Source: Leucoraja ocellata (Eukaryota). From it: a DNA stretch of 64,000 nt. Below the pieces are notes generated by a model. That model was not told the DNA's origin. It saw only the letters and a program-made list of their open reading frames with translations, and made no database searches. The translations under genes were made by a program, and so were the position numbers. Each line of letters starts with the position of its first letter. Position 1 is the stretch's first letter. Shown piece after piece: positions 39,481 to 48,798 of this stretch. Location of the stretch: positions 4,340,001 through 4,404,000 of the forward strand of contig JAWMAR010000053.1 in assembly GCA_036785375.1 (NCBI GenBank). The letters are read 5' to 3'.

Positions 39481-39672
39481 ATCCCCTCTCTTTTCCTTGT
39501 GCGCACTTTGTAGTGCACATATTTCTCCCTCCTCATCACAAACCACCCTGCCACCTATGCTCCTTTCTCCTCCAAACGCTCATCTCTCGCCCCTGAGGTG
39601 CCCCTTTTATGTCTCTTATCAGGAAGACCTCAGCTCCCCTGTGAAACCCATCTGCCAATCAAACTCCCCTCA

Positions 39673-40498
39673 CCTAGTCCCCCTAATCCTCACCTTTCAC
39701 CCCACCAGGCGTCACATACAACAAGTAATCCTCCGTCAGTTTTGCCACCTCCAACGTGACCCCACCACTCGCCACATCTTCCCATCTCCCCCCATGTCTG
39801 CCTTCCACAAAGACCGCTCCCTCCGCAACTCCCTTGTCAATTCTTCCCTTCCCTCCCGTACCACCCCTTCCCCGGGCACTTTCCGTTGCAACCGCAAGAA
39901 ATGCAACACCTGTCCCTTTACCTCCCCCCTCGACTCCATTCAAGGACCCAAGCAGTCGTTCCAGGTACGACAGAGGTTCACCTGTATCTCCTCCAACCTC
40001 ATCTACTGCATCCGCTGCTCTAGATGTCAGCTGATCTACATCGGTGAGACTAAGCGGAGGTTGGGCGATTGTTTCGCCGAACACCTCCGCTCGGTCCGCA
40101 AGAACCTACCTGACCTCCTGGTGGCTCAGGACCTCAGCTCCCCTTCCCATTCCCCGTCCAACCTCTCTGCCCTGGGTCTCCTCCATGGCCAGAATGAGCA
40201 ACACTGGAAATTGGAGGAACAGCACCTCATATTCCGCTTGGGGAGTCTGCATCCTGCGGGCATGAACATTGAATTCTCCCAATTTTGTTAGCCTTTGCTG
40301 TCTCCTCCCCTTCCTCAGCCCTCGGGCTGTCTCCTCTCATCCCTCAGCCATCGGGCTCCTCCTCCTCCATTTTCCTTCCTTCTCCCCGCCACCCCCTATC
40401 AGTCTGAAGAAGGGTTTTGGCCTGAAACGTTGCCTATTTCCTTTGCTCCATAGATGCTGCTGCACCCGCTGAGTTTCTCCAGCATTTTTGTGTACCCT
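39673..40498 (+). mobile_element. Penelope-like element 3' part: open GIY-YIG ORF, stop at 40291, pseudo-LTR with hammerhead
   Basis: PLILTFHP...CNRKKCNTC...NLIYCIRCSRCQLIYIGETKRRLGDCFAEH...PAGMNIEF, then ctgaaga...gaaacgtt. Confidence 0.92.
40401..40435 (+). ncRNA. minimal type-I hammerhead ribozyme motif (Penelope-associated)
   Basis: CUGAAGA (40404-40410), imperfect stem II gggttttggcct, GAAAC, GUU; stem I is weak. Confidence 0.6.
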
Positions 40499-40772
40499 CA
40501 CCTATATCCACTTACCACATGCAAGACTTTGCCCCACCTTTCACCTCTCTTTTCCAATTTTCCCTCTAATCCGTCAGTCTGAGAAATAAAGTCATTATTG
40601 CTTAAGAAAATACTACCAATTCACCAAACAAGATAAAGTAAAAAGACAAATAACAGGCAAGGAGATTAGAGAACCAACAAAGAACTGAAGATAGACACAA
40701 AAAGCTGGAGTAACTCAGCGGGACAACAAAATGAGAGATGACACAAAAAGCTGGAGTAACTAAGCAGAGAGA

Positions 40773-40806
40773 GGTCTGAAGAAGGGTCTCGACCTGAAAC
40801 GTCACC
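40773..40806 (+). ncRNA. minimal type-I hammerhead ribozyme motif, core intact
   Basis: GGU-CUGAAGA-A-GGGUC-UC-GACCU-GAAAC-GUC^ACC: all core nucleotides present, stem II, 3-bp stem I (GGU/ACC), loopless ACGU stem III. Confidence 0.75.
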
Positions 40807-42605
40807 CATTCCTTCTCTCCAGAGGCTGCTTGTCCCGCTGAGTTACTCCAGCATTTTGTGTCTACCTTCGAGTAACTCAGCAAACAAACTACTCGGAGAA
40901 CAATTTTTGGAAAGCAATTGAATACATATTATATTTACCAATGGCGATTTAGTCAATTAAGGATGTTGTATTGTTAATTAAGTGTGATATATTGATGTGA
41001 TATATTGATTCAGTAATTTGGCTGAATTATACGAGGATCAAAATGTTTTTAGTTTTGATTGAATCTTCCAAAATATATTTATTTTATGCATTTCTTTTAC
41101 AATAGTAATATCATGTGCTTTCCAAAATTTAAATAGACAAATGACGTGTTTGAGTTGTGCATGACTAAGTGAAACAAACAGTGATACAATAGCCAATTAT
41201 TATTTTTCTGTGGAAGGGACATGGGCCTTTAGATATACTTGTCTTTCTGTCGGTCTTGTGGAATAGTCCTTTTCTTCAAATTGTGCTTTTATACCCAGGT
41301 CAAGTATTAAGATTTTATTAATTGGAATGGATTTTGGAGACTGCACATGTATATTTAAATGTGGAAATGCAGAATTTGCTGAGAATTATTCCTTGTCAAA
41401 TATTTCTAGCATTTTCTGCTAATCCCCTACATTCCCAGCTGATTATGGTGCAGGTTGAACATCGATTTACTGGCTGTCCCCTATAATCCAGACAAAATTA
41501 CGAGAGCTCAATTGAAATTCCCTGAGTGGCCGCAGATGGCATTGCGAGTAGAGAGTGCTTTTTCTGATTGTGTCCCTCCGTAGTGAAAGAATCAACTATG
41601 CCATCAATCTTCTCTCCTAACTGTTTCACAAAGACAATACTGTAAACCCTATTTTGAACGACTCCCTTATAACAGATGTCGTTTATAGAGGACGGACCTA
41701 CCGACCCATCTCCGCCTCGCACCATCTCCCCAGCTGTTTAGAGTCCCGGCTTCCGACCTACTCGCGACTCACAAAGTGCATCAGCAAGCCCTTCTTCACC
41801 CACCGAAGAACACAAAGTGCTAGAGTAACTGAGCGGGTCAGGATCTCAGGAGAACATGGATAAGTAACATTCCTCAGACTGATTCAGTCAGCAGTGTTAG
41901 TCCAGCCCTTCTTGCCATTTCACTTTAAAACTAGGCAACAATGCCGTTGGTATGCAACAAACAGTGAGCCCTTCTTCACCGGCTCACAGCTATTGTTGCG
42001 GCTCACATTGTGGCTCCTGGGGACAACTTTGTTCAGTGTGCCCCTACTGACAGAACTTGGTCATCGTGGGATGCCCTTCCCTCTCACCTGCTGTCCCAGG
42101 GCTCTAAACGCCCGGGGAGTTGGTGGGAGCCAGGGATGCAGGTCATCTCTTTCACAAACATTTTATATTTGTTCTATTTAAGTTTCTGGCACTTGATGGT
42201 GCTTGGGAAACACGGGAGTGGTGTCATTAGTGGGCCAGGGGTATATTGTCATTTCATTATCACGTGACCTCTGCTGGTCCAGAGAAACAGATAACCAAGG
42301 CTGCCGGAAAATAAGTGTTCAACCTGTATAACTTTTTTGAGTTCCTTCTGCTCTTAGTTTAGTACTTAACTCATGGATTCCTGTTGCCTTCTGCCCTCAC
42401 TTCTTTTATATATACAATTCCACTGCCTAACTGGTTTTTGGAATATTCAGTACTTTATTTCAATTTCAACATCATTACATCAAATACTAAGTATTTTACA
42501 GTTGTATTATTTGATGTAATTGTATCACTTCTGTTAGTAAGTTTTGGATCTATAGTCAGTTTGTGATAATGTTTCTGATTAAAATACATTTTATTCTAAA
42601 CATAG

Positions 42606-42794
42606 ATCTAAAGATCACCTGGTACAATAAACACAAGGAGATCAAGCAATCAAGATTCTTCAAGATGGTTCAGTTTGAAGACACTTACCAATTGGAAATT
42701 GCTGAAGCCTACCCGGAGGATGAAGGAACATATACATGTATCGCAACCAACTCTGCTGGAGAGGTGTCGTGCACTGCTGAATTAAAACTGGAAG
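42606..42794 (+). CDS. ttn: titin exon 44 equivalent (end of Ig I15)
   Basis: acatag|AT CTA AAG...GAA G|gtaatt; LKITWY...SRFFKMVQFEDTYQLEIAEAYPEDEGTY; 189 nt. Confidence 0.95.
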
Positions 42795-43068
42795 GTAATT
42801 AAAAATTTTGCTTATATTTGCTACTTCTTTTGTTATATTTACATTTCTGTTTTGCTGATGTGAAATTTGAAGCACTTTCCTGCTTGCAGTTGTTTTCTTA
42901 ATTTAATAATGTTTTTTATCATTGCCTGCGGCATTCATTTCTACATCAGCACAATTGGCCAGCAACAGTGTTCATTTGTGAAAGCATGTGTATTTTGTGC
43001 TTGGTTTGCTGAACACCATTCTACCTTATTTTAGTACCTACCATTTCCTGAAGCTTTTTCATCAGTTA

Positions 43069-44265
43069 CAGCGCCCTCCATAATGTTTGGGACAAAGTGC
43101 CATAATTTATATATACGCCTCTGTACACAATTTGAGATTTGTAATAGAAAGAATCACACGTGGTTAAAGTGCACATTGTCAGATGTTAATAAAGGCCATT
43201 TTTATACATTTTGGTTTCACCATGTAGAAATTACAGCAGGATTTAGTCCCCCCATTTTAGGGCACCATAATGTTTAGGATACAACAATGTTATGTAAATG
43301 AAAGTAGTCATGTTTAGTATTTTGTTGCATATCCTTTGCATGCAATAACTGCTTGAAGTCTACGATTCATGGGCATCACCAGTTGCTGGGTGTCTTCTCT
43401 GGTGAAGCTGTGCCAGGCCTGTATTGCAGCCATCTTTAGCTTATGCTTGTTTTGGGGGCTAGTCCCCTTCAGTTTTCTCCAGCATATAAAAGGCATGCTT
43501 AATTGGGTTCAGATCGGGTGATTGACTTGGCCACTCAAGAATTGACAATTTTTTAACTTTGAAAAACACCTTTGTTGCTTTAGCCGTATGTATGGGATCA
43601 TTGTCTTGACAATGGTCATTGGCAAATCCACACCTGACTGCTGAAGAGTGTTTCTGATCTGTCGGACAGGTGTTTGGGGGTTTATTTATTATAGAGAGAA
43701 TTCTTCTGTCATCAGCTGTGGAGGTCTTCCTTGGCCTGCCAGTCCCTTTGCGATTAGTAAGCTCACCAGTGCTCTCTTTCTTCATAATTATGTTCCAAAC
43801 AGTTGATTTTGGTAAGCCTAATGTTTGGCTGTTGTCTCTATAACAGTTTTATTCTTGTTTCTCAGTCTCATAATGGCTTCTTTGACTTTCATTGGCACAA
43901 CTTTGTTCCTCATGTTGATAAACAGCAATAAAAGTTTCCAAAGGTGATGGAAAGACTGGAGGAAAGACTAGGTGCTGAGAACGGTCTTACACCTGCATTA
44001 AGGAGGCAATTAAACACACCTAAGCAATTACAAACGCCTGTGAAGCCATGTGTCCCAAACATTATGGTGCCCTGAAATTGGGGGACTATGTATTGTAAGC
44101 TGTAATTTCTACATGGTGAAACCAAAAAGTATAAAAATGGCCTTTAATAAAATCTGACAATGTGCACTTTAACCACATGTGATGTTTTTCCTTTACAAAT
44201 CTCAAATTGTGGAGTACAGATAAATAAATGATGGGTCTTTGTCCCAAACATTATGGAGGGCGCTG
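43069..44265 (-). mobile_element. Tc1-family DNA transposon, IR/DR type, internally deleted transposase (ATG 43913 to stop 43314)
   Basis: Inverted repeats of about 210 nt starting cagcgccctccataatgtttgggacaaag, each containing two ccataatgttt.gga direct repeats; TA on the left, CA on the right; motifs [22 protein letters not shown] and final TKY. Confidence 0.95.
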
Positions 44266-45443
44266 CATAGACTTCATCAAGCAACTCACCCAGCCACATT
44301 GCTTCCATTTCTGTAGTACATCTCATGGCCAGTTCTTCCATCCACCTCTACGGCAAACAGAGACCAGCTGCTGTACACACTGGAATTCCACTATAACACG
44401 ACTATACCGTTTTCAAATGCAGATTTTTTTTTTTGTTAAAACAACTTAATATGTTATAACTGTAAATATATACAGCAATAAAACATTTTAAAATCATTTT
44501 GTTTGAATTTTCTTGAGTTAAAGCTAGGTCACCTCTTGCACTAGTTTAAGTTTTAAGATTATTAAAGACTGAAATATCAAAGACTGAAATTTTCATAGTC
44601 CATTTCAAATGCAGCTAAAATAACTTGAGCGTACATTTTTTCAAGTTGGTATTTTGGTTCTATCATTAACACCTGTCAAACAAGTTAAGGTAGATTTCCT
44701 CTGCAAGGTATAAAAAGGTTGAAGAAATTAGAACAAAGACTTAGTGACATATGTCCTATTTTGGTTCCCTTAAGATGCATCCTCTGCCCAGAGGTCTATC
44801 TTTACGGAGTTTATTTTGAGTAGGCAAATGCAGTATGGGGCAGCGGCAAAAGTTACTTTACTTCCCAAATCAAAGCGTAATGACATCATGATGGACATAT
44901 GATAGAGCCAAGAGAAGACCTAGTACTTTATTTTGATAATTCTCAGACCAATGTTTACATTATAATTCTTGGCTTAGCAATTTCTGTAAAGTATAGAACA
45001 TGCTGGACAATATACATACATAGTATATGAGGTCAATATTTATTCTGAAAAGATAGTATCTTCAAGAGTACATTTGATTATTTCCTTTAGCTTTCAATTT
45101 CATACCATGTCACCTCATTATTCAAAAACCTGACGACTTTAATGCACCAGTATGAAAGCCTTTCATCTTGATACATTGACGCATTAATTCATCTGCATCT
45201 TGGATATTTGCAAGAGAAGAACTAAATCATCATTTTGTTCAAATGAATGCCATTTTCTTCCAAAGAATTTGCAGATGTTTTTGAGGAAGAGAACATGGGT
45301 ATATTCCTCATCAAGTGAATTGCACTCCTTAAGCATGTGTCCAGCATGCTGGGTTGCCCGTTGGACAACATAAACTATTGCTTTCTTTAATTTGTCAGTC
45401 ATGATTTAATATCATGATTAATATTTTGTCTTTTGTTACTCAG

Positions 45444-46325
45444 ATTACAAAGTGCAAAGCATAGATAGTCAGAGCATAACTTCTGGAAAAGCTGTAGCGG
45501 AATCCATCTCTTCAAAGACTTTTGAAGTATCAGAAATGCATATGGAGTGTCCTATGACCTTAAAGCATACAAAGAACTATACAGAGGGAATCAGTTTACA
45601 ACAACAACATTCGTACAATGTTCAGATGTTTGAAAGTATCTCTATGACTTCATCCACCAAGACAGTTTCTTCTGAAAGCTGGGGAGAATCTCAAAAAGTT
45701 AGCAAGGCTGAAGCAATCAGAAGTGGCTCTCAAGTTGCACCAAAGTTCCTACAAGATATGGAAAATATCACAGTTATGTTAGGTGAAACAACATCTCTAA
45801 AATGTCAAATTCTAGCAATCCCAAAACCTGAAATAACATGGTACAAAGAAGACCAAGAAGTTGTGGAAGCTAAAAGAATAAAAATTGTAACTATAACAGA
45901 AGCTGAAGCTTTAACTTTGTCTGAGATAATTATACAAAACACGAATGAAGAGGATACAGGAGTTTATAACTGCAAAGCTGTGAATCCTCATGGTGAGGCG
46001 AAATGTAAAGCAAAAGTAACTATTGCTGCAGCCAAACCAGGTCTTGAAGTCCCTGCAATTCTACTTGAACTTAGTGATCTCAGAGTCAAAGCTGGTCAGA
46101 TGGCACAGTTCATCTGTTCTTTTAATGAAGAAACATTCTCAGAGATTATATGGAGTCACAGAAACAGAAGATTGGAAGAATCAGGAAGACTGAAGATATC
46201 TCGGAATGGAAATGTTATGTCTCTCACCATCCTCAATGTGCACATAGAAGATCAGGGACAGTATAGCTGTACTGCAAGAAATCAAGGTGGTGAAATGAAG
46301 ACTACTGCCGTACTTACAGTCGAAG
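45444..46325 (+). CDS. ttn: titin Novex-2-like alternative exon with two Ig domains (882 nt)
   Basis: actcag|AT TAC AAA GTG CAA...GAA G|gtggtt; symmetric phase 1. The N-terminus (VQSIDSQS...VQMFESIS) and last Ig (RLKISRNGN...DQGQYSC...TTAVLTVE) resemble human Novex-2 as recalled. The donor is weak. Confidence 0.82.
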
Positions 46326-46623
46326 GTGGTTGTTTATAATTTTATTTAAAGACAGCATCCTGATTCATCCACTTCATTGTTTCTTACCCAAAATTAATTT
46401 AGTATCTATTTAAGAAGATCCTGAATTTACATATTAACAGTAATATATTTTGTTTAAGATGTTAGCTAGTGATTTATACAAAATTTAACACTAGACATTT
46501 CATCACACTAGTCTGCATGAATTATTGAACACATTATTTTGGGCTGTTTTATATTTTTCAAGTATTTACTTTGCTGAAATTGCTAAATCACTTAACATTT
46601 ATCCTAATTTTATTCTTGCATAG

Positions 46624-47139
46624 CTGAAGAAACAAAACCCCAAACAGGTGCTAAAATTCCCACTGATAGCAGTTCAGATATCTCTAAAATTGAACAAAGG
46701 CCTCATATCACATCTAATAGCAAATCAGAAGTTCTAAAGAAACCATCAAGCTCACCACCTACTTCAACCAAACGACCAACTAGAACAGCAAAGCAAAGAA
46801 GCCGAGACTACTATCCTGACGTGGTGCCCAGTGATGAATTAATAGACATTGGAGCAATTGTACCAGCATTCTTAGAAAAGTTGCCACCAGAAATCATTGC
46901 AGAAGATGGAGAAGATGTTTTGCTGTTTTGCATTGTAAAGGGTCTACCATCGCCTTGTGTACTTTGGCTGTGCAACCAACGCATGGTTGAAGAATCTTCA
47001 ATGTGCTCCATAAAACATGATGGGTTGCTATGCAGTTTAAAGTTACTGAAAGTCAGCCAGAGTCACAGTGGTGCTTATACATGCAAAGCGGTTAATTCAG
47101 CAGGAGAAACAGCGTGCAACACTCTACTTAGTGTGACAG
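46624..47139 (+). CDS. ttn: additional titin alternative exon (S/K/P-rich linker and one Ig), 516 nt
   Basis: gcatag|CT GAA GAA...ACA G|gttggc; open, symmetric phase 1; PAFLEKL...C..KGLPSP.V.W...HSGAYTCKAVNSAGE. Confidence 0.8.
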
Positions 47140-47558
47140 GTTGGCAATTGCATGCTTTGATCCTTCCCCATGTGATCATGCATCTCAGCACAGTCATGGA
47201 AAGAATCTTTGCGAAGTCATCTTGTTTCGCTGTGGATTATTGCACTCCTTTTTACATTAAAATGGATTAGGCATGTGAGGCATGTTTAATGTTTTGTTAC
47301 AGAGCAAAACAGATTTTTGTTTACAAAATCCTGGGTTGTATGAATTAGCTTTGTGATTCAATCAACCAGTTGTTTGGTGATACATTTTGAAAGCTGCAAT
47401 CAACGGATATACCTCTGCTATTTTGCATGTATGATTGTATGGTTTTGCATATTTCATAGTTCATTTTTATTTTTTGCACTTTAATTACAAATTGTAAAAC
47501 CAATGTTGGTTGCACTTCTGAAATTATACTCAATTTTATTTGTTTTAATTTACTGCAG

Positions 47559-47609
47559 AAAGAAAGATTCAAGGCAAAATTGAACAACAGATTGAAATGG
47601 AAGTGAGAG
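47559..47609 (+). CDS. ttn: titin mini-exon (exon 47 equivalent), 51 nt
   Basis: ctgcag|AA AGA AAG...AGA G|gtaatg; RKIQGKIEQQIEMEVR compared with human RIEQEIEMEMK. Confidence 0.88.
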
Positions 47610-48254
47610 GTAATGTTTTTATTATTTGATAAATTTGCGAGATACCATTTAAAATCCTCTGACCGATCTGCTTTGTTCTCATCTCGATAACGTGCTACAT
47701 TATGAAACATTATGAAATTGCATGTGTTAATGTGATTTGTTGTTAAATTGTCATTCTCATTTTGATATAAAAATCCTTTACATTTATTTATTTTACAGGC
47801 AACTTTACTTCTTCCCATTGTTAATTGCTCATAATCAAACTGAATTTCAGTGCAGATTTGCTTATTATTAAAATTGATATACAACTTGTGGCATATGTGG
47901 GTATACGTGAATATGAAGAATACAATGAAAAGTGCTTGAATGGGCTGTGCTTAATGTTTAGTGCTTAAATCCCAAAATCGTACATATTAATATTTTATTT
48001 TCTTGGTTCTGTACTTTCATCAGAGTTCTGTTCTTCGGAGTTTCTGATGAGCTTAACACTAAGAATTACATCTTATACATTAAGACATTGCAAGCAATAT
48101 TTTACTAACTAATAGTTGATTAGAATATTATACATTTTCCCATGTATTTTCCTAATTTACATGACATCAATCGAATCGTACTTACATTGACTTGCAGATA
48201 GTAGTATATTTATGTATGTTGGCTTTTTTTTTGCATAACACTGTTAATCTAGCA

Positions 48255-48655
48255 CCTGTATTAGTTCGAATAAACGCCTTCTCATGCAATGTATGATAAA
48301 TTATAAAGAATTTATCTCTATCTGTATTCAAATTTAAATCTATACTCATCAAACTGGCTGAAAAAAATTATCTACTACTAAAAGGAGCAGAAAGGCGTTT
48401 ATTCTGCTGTTTGCAAGTCAGGTAAGAATTTGTAATAATCTAGATGTCCCCAACTCATTACAGAGACAGATTTTACTTAAAATAAAATTCTATTCTGTCA
48501 TGAGATCACTTTATGCTTTTTTCAAAATACACATTCTAATATGATTTTTGACAAGAAATTGCTACAGTCTGAAGAAAGAACAAAGAACGAGCGATTTTTC
48601 CTGCTCAGAAACTTTTAAACAGAAAATGGTCTTGCGTTTATTCGAACAAATATGG
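48255..48655. mobile_element. old MITE with inverted ends (Tc1/mariner superfamily-like)
   Basis: gtattagttcgaataaacgc ... gcgtttattcgaacaaatatgg; a partial internal copy ggcgtttattc near 48394. Confidence 0.6.
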
Positions 48656-48798
48656 TGAGTGAATTTTTTATAGTAATTGTAAAAAATGCTAATGCATAAA
48701 GTTTGTAATTTCATGTTTCAGATTTGTATTACATTTAATTCTTAATATTTTAACTGATTTCTGAGAAACCATTCAATTGATTCTTCTTTTTTCTACAG

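Noticed and set aside
39497-40291. 264-aa GIY-YIG ORF as an independent or domesticated gene
   Set aside because: The N-terminus is read-through of low-complexity sequence from a non-ATG start; it is a 5'-truncated Penelope copy without RT.
43035-44395. Possible decayed Novex-1 exon around the Tc1 (ttag acceptor at 43034; SSNSPSHIASISV…GIP after the element)
   Set aside because: The frames do not join once the target-site duplication is removed, there are stops, no Ig core is present, and the similarity is too weak.
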